A DNA stretch of 64,000 nucleotides from Hyphomonas sp. GTDB lineage: Bacteria > Pseudomonadota > Alphaproteobacteria > Caulobacterales > Hyphomonadaceae. Position 1 is the first letter of the stretch. The number at the start of each line of letters is the position of its first letter. The notes beneath the pieces are model-generated. The model was not told where the DNA came from. It searched no databases and saw only the letters and a program-made list of their open reading frames with translations. Shown here in pieces: positions 10,479-21,302 of this stretch. Location: positions 710,827 through 774,826 of the forward strand of contig NZ_CP051230.1 of assembly GCF_017792385.1 (NCBI RefSeq), written 5' to 3'. The position numbers were made by a program, and so were the translations under genes.

Positions 10479-11890
10479 GCCAACTCCTTCATCTCCTGCG
10501 GCATCATGGACTGGACGATGCTCCGGAACACATCTCCGCGATGTTCAAAATCGCGGAACTGGTCGAAACTTGCACAGGCAGGTGAAAGAAGAATGACCGG
10601 ATGATCGTCTCCGGCGGCTTTTGCATCGCGAAATGCAGCTTCCACGGCTTTTTCGAGGGTCCCGCAGGTCTGCATCGCGACCTGCCCCTTCAGCGTGGTG
10701 GCAAAGGTCTCCTCCGCCTCTCCGATCAGATAGGCCTTGGTGATGTTCGGGAACAGGGGCGCCAGCGGCTGGATGCCTTCGGCCTTCGCAACCCCGCCGG
10801 CAATCCAGAACGCATTCTTGTAGGCTTTCAGCGCCTGTTCAGCCGCCTCGGCATTCGTGGCCTTGGAATCGTTGACGAAGCGCACGCCGTCGATCTCGCC
10901 CACCAGTTCCAGTCGATGTGCCAGACCCGGGAAGGTGCGCAGCCCTTCCATGATGGTCTGCGGGTCGAGGCCCAGTGACCGGCAGGCCGCATAGGCAGCC
11001 GACGCGTTCTGGTGATTGTGCCGACCGGGCAGCGCGATGCACTCGTCCAGCTTGCCGACATGGTTCGCCTGGCCGCCGCTGCTGTCATAAAGCCGTCCGT
11101 CTACGGCACTGACACCGCGGCCCAGCGCATAGGTCGAGGAGGCCTGCACCACCCGCGCCGGACCATTCGCCGACAGGCCGATGGCAATCGACTGGGTGAT
11201 CACGTCGTCAAAACCGATCACGGCCACATCGCGCTCGGTCTGGTTCTGGAAGATGCGCATCTTCGCGGCCTGATAGCCGTCCATGCCACCATGCCGATCG
11301 AGATGGTCCGGCGTGATGTTCAACAATACGGCAATGTCGCAATGCAGGCTCTTCACCAGGTCCAGCTGGTAGGACGACAGCTCCAGCACATAGATCGCAT
11401 TTGCGTGCAGCGGCGCCAGATCCAGCACGCCGGTGCCGATGTTTCCACCGATGCGGACGTCCCGCCCGGCCTGTTTCAGGATATGACCGATCAGCGCCGT
11501 CGTCGTCGACTTGCCGTTTGTGCCGGTAATCCCGACAATTTTCGGCCGGCCACGCTCCGGCAGCGCCTGCACGGCGCGGGCGAACAGTTCCATGTCGCCG
11601 ACAATCGGCACATTGGTCATTTCCGCCATCCGCACGATGCGGTGCGGCTGCGGGAATTTGTACGGCACGCCGGGTGACAGGACGAGCGCGGCAAAGGTCT
11701 GCCAGTCGCGCTTGTTGATGTCCGACAGGGTCAGGCCCGCCGCTTCCGCCTTGGCGCGGGTCTCCTCATTGTCGTCCCACGCGTGAACACGCGCGCCGCC
11801 GGCCTTCAGGGCCTTGGCAGCCGAGAGGCCTGTCCGGCCAAGGCCGAACACTGCAACATCCCTTCCTGCGTATTCAGTAATCGGAATCAT
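10475..11890 (-). CDS. murD: UDP-MurNAc-L-Ala--D-glutamate ligase
   Basis: VFGLGRTG, GITGTNGKSTTT, ELSSYQL, NDSKATN, LSPACASFDQF motifs. Confidence 0.98.
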   Translation of the reverse strand: MIPITEYAGRDVAVFGLGRTGLSAAKALKAGGARVHAWDDNEETRAKAEAAGLTLSDINKRDWQTFAALVLSPGVPYKFPQPHRIVRMAEMTNVPIVGDMELFARAVQALPERGRPKIVGITGTNGKSTTTALIGHILKQAGRDVRIGGNIGTGVLDLAPLHANAIYVLELSSYQLDLVKSLHCDIAVLLNITPDHLDRHGGMDGYQAAKMRIFQNQTERDVAVIGFDDVITQSIAIGLSANGPARVVQASSTYALGRGVSAVDGRLYDSSGGQANHVGKLDECIALPGRHNHQNASAAYAACRSLGLDPQTIMEGLRTFPGLAHRLELVGEIDGVRFVNDSKATNAEAAEQALKAYKNAFWIAGGVAKAEGIQPLAPLFPNITKAYLIGEAEETFATTLKGQVAMQTCGTLEKAVEAAFRDAKAAGDDHPVILLSPACASFDQFRDFEHRGDVFRSIVQSMMPQEMKELA

Positions 11891-11900
11891 CGGAGACGGC

Positions 11901-13097
11901 CTACCTCAGCTTCAGTGTGGCAAGGCCCGCAAGGGCGAACAGGACAGACAGGATCCAGAACCGCGCCACAACGCGCGTCTCCGGCCAGTTCTTCTTCTGG
12001 AAGTGGTGGTGCAGCGGCGCCATCAGGAAGATACGCTTGCCCTCCCCGGTCAGCTTCCGCGTGATCTTGAACCAGCCGACCTGCAGCATCACCGACAAGG
12101 CTTCCAGCACGAACAGGCCGCCGATGATGACCAGTGCGAATTCATGCTTCGCCGCCACGGCCACCACGCCCAGCATGCCGCCCAGGCCCAGCGATCCGGT
12201 GTCGCCCATGAACACCTTGGCCGGATAGGCATTGTACCAGAGAAAGCCCATGCCCGCCCCGATCATCGAGGCCAGCAGCACGGCCAGCTCGCCGGTGCCG
12301 GGCGTGAACTGGATGCCGAGATAGTCTGCGAACACGAAGTTGCCGGTCAGGTACGCGATCAGCGCATAGGAGGCGGCCGCGAAACTCATCGGCACGATCG
12401 CCAGGCCGTCCAGCCCGTCGGTGAAGTTCACCGCATTGGCGCTGCCGACCACGACGATCATGCCGAACAGGATGAAAAAGGCGCCCAGCGGCAGGAAGTA
12501 GTCATTCACGAAGGGCACGGCCACACCGCCGGCAAAGGCCGGATCGGCCGGCTCGACACTGGTTTGCGGGGCAAGGCCGGCAATGGTCTGGGCCAGCCCG
12601 TTCAGCGGGCCCCATTCGGCATGTCCGGCCGGCGTGTGCGCCCCGTGCAGGCCCATGATGAACGCACAGGCCAGCGCCGCGATGCCGAAGCCGACCAGCA
12701 GGCGCAGCCTGGCCGATACGCCTGCATCGGTCTGCTTCGCCACTTTGGCATAGTCGTCCATGAACCCCAGCACGGCATAGGACAGGGTCACGAACAGGGT
12801 GACCCAGATATATGGGTTCTTCAGATTGCCCCACAGCAGCACGCCCACGACCAGGCCAAGCCAGATCAGGAAGCCGCCCATGGTCGGCGTGCCCTGCTTG
12901 GACAGCTGCGCCTCCAGCGACAGGTCGCGGATCGGCTGTCCCTTGCCCTGCCGGGCACGGAGGAAATTGATGATCGCGTCGCCGAACAGGACGGTCACAA
13001 GGAACGCCGTCACCACAGCCGCACCGGACCGGAAGGTGATATAGTTCAGGACATTGAATACGCCGCTGTCTGCGGCCAGCCATTCGTACAGCATCAC
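11901..13097 (-). CDS. mraY: Phospho-N-acetylmuramoyl-pentapeptide transferase
   Basis: [43 protein letters not shown] motifs; carries an extra ~40-aa loop. Confidence 0.98.
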   Translation of the reverse strand: MMLYEWLAADSGVFNVLNYITFRSGAAVVTAFLVTVLFGDAIINFLRARQGKGQPIRDLSLEAQLSKQGTPTMGGFLIWLGLVVGVLLWGNLKNPYIWVTLFVTLSYAVLGFMDDYAKVAKQTDAGVSARLRLLVGFGIAALACAFIMGLHGAHTPAGHAEWGPLNGLAQTIAGLAPQTSVEPADPAFAGGVAVPFVNDYFLPLGAFFILFGMIVVVGSANAVNFTDGLDGLAIVPMSFAAASYALIAYLTGNFVFADYLGIQFTPGTGELAVLLASMIGAGMGFLWYNAYPAKVFMGDTGSLGLGGMLGVVAVAAKHEFALVIIGGLFVLEALSVMLQVGWFKITRKLTGEGKRIFLMAPLHHHFQKKNWPETRVVARFWILSVLFALAGLATLKLR

Positions 13098-14527
13098 CCA
13101 ACCTTTGCAGGGCCTTCTGCCCCGCCTTCCATCTTACCCGTTGCCGAGTCGCTCCATTGGCGAATTCGGTCAGCTAGTTTCGCCATCCCGGACGCATTCG
13201 ACCCCTTGATCAAGAGGACATCTCCATCTCGCAGCGTATTTTGCAGAGGATTCCACAGCTCTTCCCAAGTCCGTGCCCAGGTCTGCTCCAACTGCGGCGG
13301 AAGTGAGTCCGACAGGTGAGTCATTTTGTCACCCGACAGGAAGATGGCAGCCGGCCCGGTATCGGCCACCGGCCCGGCCAGCCCGGCATGTTCCGCATCC
13401 GACGTTTCGCCGATTTCCAGCATTTCCCCCAGGGCGACCAGACGCCGTCCGCCGCCGCGCCGCACCAGCGCCGCCAGGGAGGCACGCATGCTCGCCGGGT
13501 TTGCATTATAGGCATCATCGATCAGCGTGATGGTCCCGCCCTGCGGCAGCGCGACCCGCTCTGCCGTCCCCCGTCCGGGGGGTGGCGCATAGCCGGTCAG
13601 CGCCTCGGCGCAATCCTCGACCGCCAGGCCCGACTGGCTCGCGGCCAGAACGGCGGCGGCCGCATTCATCGCCCAGTGCTCGCCCACGGCATTGATCGTG
13701 ACCAGGACCGGCTTGCCGACAATGTCGAGCTGGATGCGGCTTTCCATGCCGTCGGTCTCATAACCAACCACCCGCGCCGTCGCCCCGGCGCCCCGGCCGA
13801 AGCTTTCGAGGTTTCCGGTCGGGCAGAAGCGCCGGGCGCGCCCGGCCAGATAGTCGAAGAATTCATCATCGGCCGGCAGGATGAACGTGCCGCCCGCTTC
13901 CATGCCGCTGAAGATGTCGGCCTTCTCGTGCGCCACGGCGCTCAGCGAGCCCAGCCCTTCCAGATGCGCGCCGGCAATGCAGGTGATGATGCCGGTATGC
14001 GGCCGGACCATCTGGCTGCGCGGCGCAATCTCGCCCGGCGTCGACATGCCGATCTCGAACACGGCCCGGCTGGTCGCTTCCGGCATGCGCGCCAGTGTCA
14101 GCGGCACACCCCAGTGATTGTTGAAGCTTTTGACATTCCAGTGCGCCGGTCCGAATGCGCGGTAGATCTGCGCCAGCATTTCCTTGACGCTGGTCTTGCC
14201 GGCAGACCCGGTCACCGCCGTGCGGTGCGCGCCACACCGGACCCGGGCTGCGACGCCCATCTGCTCCAGCGCCGCCAGCACATCCTCCACCACGACCTGC
14301 GGGCCCTGCCCCACCTGCCGCGAAACCAGCGCACCGGCCGCGCCGGCCGCAAAGGCTGCCTCGACAAAGTCATGCCCGTCACGCTGATCCGTCAGCGCCA
14401 CGAACAGATCACCCGGTTTCAGGGTCCGCGTATCGATCGACACGCTGCCCGTCACCGCGAACGGGTCGGTCGCCACACCGCCGGTGACCAGCGCAATATC
14501 GGAAGAGGTCCACAGCGGCGCGCTCAT
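13094..14527 (-). CDS. murF: UDP-MurNAc-tripeptide--D-Ala-D-Ala ligase
   Basis: [35 protein letters not shown] motifs. Confidence 0.97.
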   Translation of the reverse strand: MSAPLWTSSDIALVTGGVATDPFAVTGSVSIDTRTLKPGDLFVALTDQRDGHDFVEAAFAAGAAGALVSRQVGQGPQVVVEDVLAALEQMGVAARVRCGAHRTAVTGSAGKTSVKEMLAQIYRAFGPAHWNVKSFNNHWGVPLTLARMPEATSRAVFEIGMSTPGEIAPRSQMVRPHTGIITCIAGAHLEGLGSLSAVAHEKADIFSGMEAGGTFILPADDEFFDYLAGRARRFCPTGNLESFGRGAGATARVVGYETDGMESRIQLDIVGKPVLVTINAVGEHWAMNAAAAVLAASQSGLAVEDCAEALTGYAPPPGRGTAERVALPQGGTITLIDDAYNANPASMRASLAALVRRGGGRRLVALGEMLEIGETSDAEHAGLAGPVADTGPAAIFLSGDKMTHLSDSLPPQLEQTWARTWEELWNPLQNTLRDGDVLLIKGSNASGMAKLADRIRQWSDSATGKMEGGAEGPAKVG

Positions 14528-15963
14528 CCGGCACCGCCTTTCAGCGCGGCCAGCGCCGTGTCCTGGTCCGAGAACGGGATCACATCCGTGCCGATGATCT
14601 GACCGGTCTCGTGTCCCTTGCCGGCAATAACCAGCGTGTCACCCTTCCTGAGTTCGCCAATCACGGTCCGGATGGCTTCGGCACGATCGCCGATCTCCCG
14701 TGCGCCCGGGGCGCCCTCAAGGATGGCATGGCGAATCTTGTCGGCATCTTCCGTTCGCGGATTGTCATCCGTGACGATCACGTCGTCCGCCTGGCGCGCC
14801 GCGATCTCTCCCATCAGCGGGCGCTTCTTCGCATCGCGATCGCCGCCACAGCCGAAGATGACCTTCAGCCGCCCGGCTGTGTGCGGACGGACCGCCCGCA
14901 GCAATACATCCAGACCGTCCGGCGTGTGGGCATAATCCACGAACACGCCCGCCCCGGCCTCGGTCTTGCCGACCAGTTCCAGCCGCCCCTTTACGGGCCT
15001 CAGTTTCGTCAGGCCGTCGACCACCTGTTCCGGCTCCATGCCGAGCGACAGGCAGATCGCGGCCGCCGCCAGCGCATTCAGGGCCTGGAACTCGCCGATC
15101 AGTGGCAATTCCAGCGGCTTCCATTCCACATCCCGCCAGAACAGGTTCAGCATCTGACCCGTGGCGCGCGGCATGATCTCGTCGATCCAGAGGTCTTCCC
15201 CGCGCCAGCCGAACGACACAACCTGCAGGCCATGGTCCCGCGCGGCCGTCTCGAAGATGTCCCGATGGTCGCTGTCGGCATTCACGACGGCTGGCAGGCC
15301 CTGGCCGCCGAAATCGCGGAACAGGCGCAGTTTCGCATTCAGGTAGTCTTCCATCGTCGCATGGTAGTCGAGATGGTCCTGCGTGAAGTTGAGGAAGGCG
15401 ACCGCGGCCAGGTCCACCCCGTCCAGCCGGTGCTGTTCCAGGCCGTGACTGGACGCCTCCATCGCGCAATGTGTCACGCCCTGCCCGGCCAGTGTCGCCA
15501 GCGTCTCGTGAATGGTCACCGGATCCGGCGTCGTATGTCCGACATCGATCTTCCCGTTCGGGCCGATCGCGCCCAGCGTGCCCATCGAGGCGGCGGTCAA
15601 TCCGGCATTGGCCCAGATCTGGCGGCAGAAATCCACGGTGGATGATTTGCCGTTCGTGCCGGTCACGGCCGCAATCGTCTTCGGTTGCGCGGCATGGAAC
15701 CGTTTGGCGGCCAGCGCCAGGGCCCTGCGGGGCTCGTCCGCAATCACATGCACCGCGCCGGTCACCTCCACGCCGCCTTCGGACAGCACCGCCACGGCGC
15801 CTTTTTCCAGCGCTTGGGAAATGTAATCGCGCCCGTCAGACACGGTGCCTTTCAGGGCAGCGAACAGATAACCGGGCGCAACCCGGCGGCTGTCTGCCGT
15901 CATGCCGCTGATTTCGATGTCTCCCTGCTCGGCGAGCGGGAACAGGTCTTTCAAACTGGTCAC
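14524..15963 (-). CDS. murE: UDP-MurNAc-dipeptide--meso-DAP ligase
   Basis: VTGTNGKSST, EASSHGL, DYAHTPDG, GCGGDRD, DNPR motifs. Confidence 0.98.
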   Translation of the reverse strand: MTSLKDLFPLAEQGDIEISGMTADSRRVAPGYLFAALKGTVSDGRDYISQALEKGAVAVLSEGGVEVTGAVHVIADEPRRALALAAKRFHAAQPKTIAAVTGTNGKSSTVDFCRQIWANAGLTAASMGTLGAIGPNGKIDVGHTTPDPVTIHETLATLAGQGVTHCAMEASSHGLEQHRLDGVDLAAVAFLNFTQDHLDYHATMEDYLNAKLRLFRDFGGQGLPAVVNADSDHRDIFETAARDHGLQVVSFGWRGEDLWIDEIMPRATGQMLNLFWRDVEWKPLELPLIGEFQALNALAAAAICLSLGMEPEQVVDGLTKLRPVKGRLELVGKTEAGAGVFVDYAHTPDGLDVLLRAVRPHTAGRLKVIFGCGGDRDAKKRPLMGEIAARQADDVIVTDDNPRTEDADKIRHAILEGAPGAREIGDRAEAIRTVIGELRKGDTLVIAGKGHETGQIIGTDVIPFSDQDTALAALKGGAG

Positions 15964-17588
15964 AAGGAACTCCTCTTCTCCTCGCCGGAGCGGAGGGCTG
16001 CACCTGCGGGACGGATATCCTCGAACCGTGGCGCCAGTCCCATCAGCGGCGCGACCCGTTCGATGATCCGCCCGGCTGCCGGGGCTGCATTGAACGCTGC
16101 CGTTCCGCTGATATCCGATCCGGCCTTGGGATCATCGAGTGTCACGATCAGGGCATATTGGGGGCGATCATAGGGAAAGACAGCCGCAAAGCTCGTGACA
16201 TTGCGGTCATCATCATATCCGCCTGCGACCGGCTTTTCGGCCGTGCCGGTCTTGCCGGCCACGCGATACCCCGCCACTTCGGCATTGCGGCCCGTGCCGG
16301 TCCGCACGGCTTCGCGCATCATCACATTCACCATGTCCGCCGTCAGGGCAGACATCACCCGCACCGGATCGGGGCGTTTGGTGTGTCCCATCACCAGGGT
16401 TGGCTGAACCCGTTCGCCCTCATTCGCAAAGGCGGAGAAGGCCGCCAGGAACGCCATCGGCGACACGGCAATCCCGTGACCATAGGAAACGGTCGCGGAA
16501 GACAGGTCGTCGAACCGCTCCGGCAGGATCGGCGCGGCGCTACCGGACAATTCGATCCGCGCCCGCTCCATCAGGCCGGCCCGCTGGAGGAAATCCTGCT
16601 GCCGCCGGATGCCCAGCGCCTCATTGATCCGGACCGTCCCGATGTTCGAACTCTTCGAAATGATGTGCGTGACATCCGCATCGCCATACAGCGGATGATC
16701 GTCCTCAATCGTGTAGCCGCGAATTTCAAGCGGCTTGCGGACATCGAACAAATCCTTTGGATGCACGGCGCCTGCTTCCAGCGCGGCGGCCACGGTGAAG
16801 GGCTTGAACACGGAGCCCAGCTCATAGACCGCACCGGTCGCGCGGTTCAGGCGCGACGGATCTTTCATCGGAATGTCGACCGACCGGTTCGGGTCGAAAG
16901 GCGGCCAGCTGGCCAGCGCCCTCACCTCCCCGGTCTGGGCGTCCATCAGGATGGCCGCGCCGCCTTCGGCCTCATGCTCCACAGCCGCAATGGCAAGCTC
17001 GGCCTCGACTGCCGCCTGCACCCCATTGTCGATGGTCAGGCGCACCGGCTCCCCACCGGCGGCAAGCCGGTCATTCTGGCTGTATTCGATGCCGCCGGCA
17101 CCGACGCCATCAATATTCGTATAGCCCAGCACATGCCCGGCCAGCGTCCCGCGGGGATAGGCCCGGCGGCTCTCTTCCTCGAACCGCAGCCCTTCCAGTC
17201 CAAGATCGAACACGGCCTTGCGCTGGCGGGGGGTCAGGCCCCGCTCCACCCAGACAAATTCCCGGCTCTGATCCGACAGGCGGGCACTCATTTCCTCGAC
17301 ATCGAGATCGGGCAACACGCCGGCCAGAGCCTTCGCCACTTCGGCGCCATCCCAGATCAGTTTCGGGTTTGCGACCAGCGAATAGGCGCTGACTGACGTC
17401 GCCAGCAATTCGCCATTGCGGTCCACGATATCGGCGCGCACGACGCGCTCATCCGGCGCACCGTCGCCATGGGCCGGGGCGCCGCCCCCGGACAGGGACA
17501 GGTAGCCGGCCTTGCCAGCCAGAACGACAAACAGCGCGCCGATCGCAAGACCAGCAAGCCGTGTCCGGTTCCGGGAGGCTTCGCTCAC
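15960..17588 (-). CDS. ftsI: Class B penicillin-binding protein FtsI/PBP3
   Basis: RADIVDRNG, SxxK (GSVFK), SxN (SSN) and KTGT motifs intact. Confidence 0.95.
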   Translation of the reverse strand: MSEASRNRTRLAGLAIGALFVVLAGKAGYLSLSGGGAPAHGDGAPDERVVRADIVDRNGELLATSVSAYSLVANPKLIWDGAEVAKALAGVLPDLDVEEMSARLSDQSREFVWVERGLTPRQRKAVFDLGLEGLRFEEESRRAYPRGTLAGHVLGYTNIDGVGAGGIEYSQNDRLAAGGEPVRLTIDNGVQAAVEAELAIAAVEHEAEGGAAILMDAQTGEVRALASWPPFDPNRSVDIPMKDPSRLNRATGAVYELGSVFKPFTVAAALEAGAVHPKDLFDVRKPLEIRGYTIEDDHPLYGDADVTHIISKSSNIGTVRINEALGIRRQQDFLQRAGLMERARIELSGSAAPILPERFDDLSSATVSYGHGIAVSPMAFLAAFSAFANEGERVQPTLVMGHTKRPDPVRVMSALTADMVNVMMREAVRTGTGRNAEVAGYRVAGKTGTAEKPVAGGYDDDRNVTSFAAVFPYDRPQYALIVTLDDPKAGSDISGTAAFNAAPAAGRIIERVAPLMGLAPRFEDIRPAGAALRSGEEKRSSL

Positions 17589-17932
17589 TCTGGCGCCTCC
17601 CCGGACTCCACGTCCACCTCGTCCGGTGCGGACACAACGAGGCTGTTGGGTTCGCCCACCAGCGCATCAAGGTCGCCTTCAGATGCCATCTGCTCCGGCT
17701 TCGGCGGAGCCATGCCCAGCTCGGTGCGGGCATATTCCTCGATCCATTCGCGGCGGCTCATATGGGACAACTCGGTCTGGAGCAGCGCCTTTTCGTGACG
17801 CGCATCCTCGATCTGCGCTTCCACGGCCAGAAGCTCTGCCGCCGTGTCCTTGGCGCCGTATTTGGCGCGGTACAGGCTGACGATCAACAGGCCCACAACG
17901 ACCAGTCCGAACAGAAATGCGCGACGGCTCAT
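17585..17932 (-). CDS. ftsL: Cell division protein FtsL
   Basis: Short N-terminal TM plus coiled coil; canonical position between rsmH and ftsI. Confidence 0.85.
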   Translation of the reverse strand: MSRRAFLFGLVVVGLLIVSLYRAKYGAKDTAAELLAVEAQIEDARHEKALLQTELSHMSRREWIEEYARTELGMAPPKPEQMASEGDLDALVGEPNSLVVSAPDEVDVESGEAPE

Positions 17933-18957
17933 AGAGCATCCTCCAGGTCTGACAGCGGCGGCAGATTCATGCCGTCACTGGCCTTGTCCTCAATGGCAGG
18001 CGCGCTGGTACGGATCGCGGCCCGCAACTTTGCAGACCGTGCGCGCGGATTGCCTTCAACTTCGTTAGCGGACGGCAAAACCGCCTTGGAAACAGGGAGT
18101 TCGAACGTGTTGTCCGGTCCCTTTTCTGCCACCGGCATATGCCGGGACCCGCCCCCCATCTTGCCGGAACGGCCTTTCAGCCACTGCTTCACAAGACGGT
18201 CTTCGAGGGAATGGAACGTGACGATCACCAGCCGCCCACCCGGCTTCAGCAGGCGTTCGGCTGCGTGCAGTGCACGCGCCAGCTCACCCAATTCGTCATT
18301 CACATACATGCGGATGGCCTGAAAGGTCAGGGTTGCCGGGTGGATGCGTGCGCCCTTGCGCCCGCCCACGGCCGTCTCGACCGTTTCCGCAAGATCGGTG
18401 GTGGTCTCGAAGGGCGCCTCGCTGCGGCGCGCCGCAATCGCCCGCGCGATCCGGCGGGACTGCTTCTCCTCGCCAAGGCGAAAGATGACATTTGCCAGGT
18501 CCCGTTCAGCCATCCGGTTGACGACATCCGCGGCGCTCGGCCCGGCGGCGCCCATGCGCATGTCCAGCGGCCCGTGTTTCATGAAGGAAAAGCCGCGTTC
18601 GGCTTGGTCGATCTGGAAGCTGGACACGCCGATATCCAGCACCACGCCGTCGACTTGCTCATATCCGGCTGCACGGACGATTTCGTCCATGTCTCCAAAC
18701 CGTCCCAGCAACGGAACGAGCCGTTCCGTCTGCGCGGCCATGGCTTCGGCCCGTGCAATGGCGTCTAGATCGCGGTCAATGCCCAGCAGGGTGCACTCCG
18801 CCGCCGCCAGGATCGCGCGGCTGTAACCGCCCCCGCCAAATGTGCCATCCACAAGGATGTCGCCATCGCGGGGCGCCAGCCACTCCAGCACTTCATCCAG
18901 CATGACCGGCTTGTGTCCGGGATCGGCCTCCAGTGGCAGGGACGCGTTCTCAGGCAT
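17929..18957 (-). CDS. rsmH: 16S rRNA m4C1402 methyltransferase RsmH (MraW)
   Basis: HKPVML, DGTFGGGGYS, DIGVSSFQID, FQAIRMYVNDEL, TFHSLEDR, NPRARSAKLR motifs. Confidence 0.98.
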   Translation of the reverse strand: MPENASLPLEADPGHKPVMLDEVLEWLAPRDGDILVDGTFGGGGYSRAILAAAECTLLGIDRDLDAIARAEAMAAQTERLVPLLGRFGDMDEIVRAAGYEQVDGVVLDIGVSSFQIDQAERGFSFMKHGPLDMRMGAAGPSAADVVNRMAERDLANVIFRLGEEKQSRRIARAIAARRSEAPFETTTDLAETVETAVGGRKGARIHPATLTFQAIRMYVNDELGELARALHAAERLLKPGGRLVIVTFHSLEDRLVKQWLKGRSGKMGGGSRHMPVAEKGPDNTFELPVSKAVLPSANEVEGNPRARSAKLRAAIRTSAPAIEDKASDGMNLPPLSDLEDAL

Positions 18958-19469
18958 CAGCCCTCCCCTCCGTCCACCAGTTTCAGCGCGGCATTGCCGC
19001 CGGCCTGCTGCTGCAACACTTCGGAATAGGCCTGGCCCAGCGCTTCCAGCGTGTCTTCCTTCGCGGCTTCCGCCGCCATCGCGTCGAAGTGCTCGGCATG
19101 GCGATCCGGGTTCCAGATCTGGAAACTGTCCATATTGCCGGCAAACTTCACGCGGTCGGTCAGATTGGCGGCCTTCAGCAGCTCGTCGGTCAGCTTGATG
19201 CGGCCGGTATCATCCATTTTCAGGTCAGCAGATCCGGCGATGATACGGGTCACCAGGGCCTTGCGTGCAGGGGAGTGGGGCGCCAGCCGCGTCAGCGTTG
19301 CGCGGTACATGGCCATCAGGGCCTCGCCGCCGCCTTCCAGACAGCCCGATCCGTCGAGTGCCAGCCACAGGAAAATCCGGTTTCCGCCACCCAACGCCGC
19401 GCGAAAGGGTGCAGGAATGGATACCCGGCCCTTTGCATCAATAGCGCTTTCATAGGTGGAAACGAACAC
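18957..19469 (-). CDS. mraZ: Division/cell wall cluster transcriptional repressor MraZ
   Basis: Two AbrB-like repeats (IDAKGRVSIP; MDDTGRIKL); first gene of the dcw cluster (GTG start). Confidence 0.95.
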   Translation of the reverse strand: MFVSTYESAIDAKGRVSIPAPFRAALGGGNRIFLWLALDGSGCLEGGGEALMAMYRATLTRLAPHSPARKALVTRIIAGSADLKMDDTGRIKLTDELLKAANLTDRVKFAGNMDSFQIWNPDRHAEHFDAMAAEAAKEDTLEALGQAYSEVLQQQAGGNAALKLVDGGEG

Positions 19470-19508
19470 CCGCAGACCCTGACTTGAAATGCCTCAACCC
19501 CACATGGG

Positions 19509-19524
19509 TAAACCATGTCTTAAC
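19509..19524. promoter_or_regulatory. CtrA-binding site upstream of the dcw cluster
   Basis: TAAA-CCATGTC-TTAAC is TTAA-N7-TTAAC with one mismatch, 40-55 nt upstream of mraZ. Confidence 0.65.
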
Positions 19525-19525
19525 G

Positions 19526-19569
19526 TGGAGTATCATGGGACAGTATGGGCCTCAATGGGCGCTGTGGAT
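19526..19569. promoter_or_regulatory. MraZ operator (TGGGN repeats at 10-bp period)
   Basis: TGGAG(19526)-TGGGA(19536)-TGGGC(19546)-TGGGC(19556); matches the known MraZ box architecture of TGGGN units with 5-nt spacers. Confidence 0.8.
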
Positions 19570-19827
19570 GAATCCCAATATTCACACAGCGCGCCCCACG
19601 GAACATGTTGGAAATCTTTCGGGAACATTCCGGAACACCCGATTGGGATGGAATGGGCACGCGTCAATTTTCCGTTCTGAATCAGGCCGCTGCCCTGCCC
19701 TGCCCGGCGCCCCCTCGCGGCCAAGAGACCAGATGTCATTTTTTCACGATTTCCACAGATGCTTTCAAAAGCGCACCTGTTCTGCTCGTTTCGGCGGCGC
19801 ATCGATTTGCGAATGCTTGGACAGACA

Positions 19828-19857
19828 AGAAAAAGCCCCGAAGCAATGCTTCGGGGC
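19828..19857 (-). terminator. Rho-independent terminator after ahpC-ahpD
   Basis: GCCCCGAAGC / GCTTCGGGGC stem followed by TTTTTCTT on the minus strand. Confidence 0.85.
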
Positions 19858-19889
19858 CCTTGCAGAGGAATTGCAGTGGACGCGCCGGA

Positions 19890-20432
19890 TCAGGCCGGCT
19901 CCGACGCCGTGACCGCCTCGGCGGCCAACACGCGCGCCACGGCATTCACCACGGCGCCAATGCGGATGGCGGCCTGGATCTGCTCGGTGGACAGGCCATG
20001 CTTGCGCAGCTCGGCCTCATGCGCGTCCAGGCACATGCCACAGCCATTCACGGCCGACACGCCGAGGGAGAACAGCTCGAAATCTGCCTTGTCGATGCCC
20101 GGCGCGCCGATGACGTTCATGCGCAGCTTGGCCGGGATCGTCCGGTAGGTCTCATTGCTGACCAGGTGGATCGAGCGGTAATAGACATTGTTCATGCCCA
20201 TGATCGCGCTCGCCGCCTTTGCCGCGCGCACGGCTTCCGGGCTCAGCTTGCCGGCCGCTTCGGCGTCCAGCGCCTTCAGCGTCTGCGGCTCGCCGACGGC
20301 ATGGGCGCAGGCAAGGAAACAGCCATATTTCTGTTGGTCGCTCAGCAGCGTCTCGTTCATCAGGGAGCCGAGATTGAGCTTCAGATCCTTCGCATAGTCA
20401 GGCAGCGAAGATTTCAGGGATTCGATGGACAT
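19890..20432 (-). CDS. ahpD: Alkyl hydroperoxide reductase AhpD
   Basis: [35 protein letters not shown] (CxxC) motifs. Confidence 0.95.
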   Translation of the reverse strand: MSIESLKSSLPDYAKDLKLNLGSLMNETLLSDQQKYGCFLACAHAVGEPQTLKALDAEAAGKLSPEAVRAAKAASAIMGMNNVYYRSIHLVSNETYRTIPAKLRMNVIGAPGIDKADFELFSLGVSAVNGCGMCLDAHEAELRKHGLSTEQIQAAIRIGAVVNAVARVLAAEAVTASEPA

Positions 20433-20654
20433 GAATCCTCATCCTTCCGGGTTCATTGAGTGAATGTGCGGGGATGCAAATGGTCCGGCAGGCCCTGAGG
20501 CTAGAGGGGGGGGAGTGCCAACGTCCGCGGAACTGGGTGGACGAAAGGCCTGCCGGACTGGTTTGCCGCGCTGATGGAAAGACGCCCTTTTGGGTGGGGG
20601 AGGGAGAAGGACATCTTCCCAGGAGTATCAGCGTGCGCAGGGTATATGCGCGAA

Positions 20655-21215
20655 CTAGGCTGCGGGTTCCAAAGTTTCTCCACCCACCGGACGATTGCAC
20701 GGGCACAGCTCGTCGGTTTGCAGGGCATCGAGCACGCGCAGCGTGTCGGCCGGGCTGCGGCCCACATTCAGATTGGTGACATAAACGTGCTGGATCACAT
20801 TGTGCGGGTCGACCACGAAAGTGGCGCGATAGGCCACGCCTTCGGACGGCTCGCGCACGCCCAGACCGTCAACCAGCTCGCCGCGCGTATCGGCGAATTG
20901 CCAGATCGGCAGCTCGGCTAGGTCGGCATGGTCGCGGCGCCAGGCCAGCTTCACGAACTCATTGTCGGTGGAGCCCCCGAGCACAACCGCGTCGCGATCT
21001 TCAAAATCGCCGGCCAGACGAGCAAATTCGGCAATCTCGGTCGGGCAGACGAAGGTGAAATCCTTCGGATAGAAGAAGATGATTTTCCACTTACCCTCGA
21101 AGGAATCCTGGGTGATGGGCTCAAACGCGCTTTCGCCGTTCTGCTCATGCTGCATGAATTTCGGCTTCACGCCGGTAACGGTGAAATCGGGAAGCTTTTC
21201 GCCAATGCCAAGCAT
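20655..21215 (-). CDS. ahpC: Peroxiredoxin AhpC
   Basis: FFYPKDFTFVCPTE and DELCPC motifs; start trimmed to MLGIG. Confidence 0.97.
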   Translation of the reverse strand: MLGIGEKLPDFTVTGVKPKFMQHEQNGESAFEPITQDSFEGKWKIIFFYPKDFTFVCPTEIAEFARLAGDFEDRDAVVLGGSTDNEFVKLAWRRDHADLAELPIWQFADTRGELVDGLGVREPSEGVAYRATFVVDPHNVIQHVYVTNLNVGRSPADTLRVLDALQTDELCPCNRPVGGETLEPAA

Positions 21216-21302
21216 AGTGAATCTCCTGGGTAGGGGGTTTGGTTGCTGCCGGGACGGTGGGCCCGGATGGCGTGCCTTTACGCAGTTGCGGCAAAAAGGA
21301 AA

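Noticed and set aside
19623-19636. Alphaproteobacterial LexA box upstream of mraZ (GAAC..GAAC)
   Set aside because: The spacer is 6 nt, not the required 7. No LexA box was found upstream of uvrB either.
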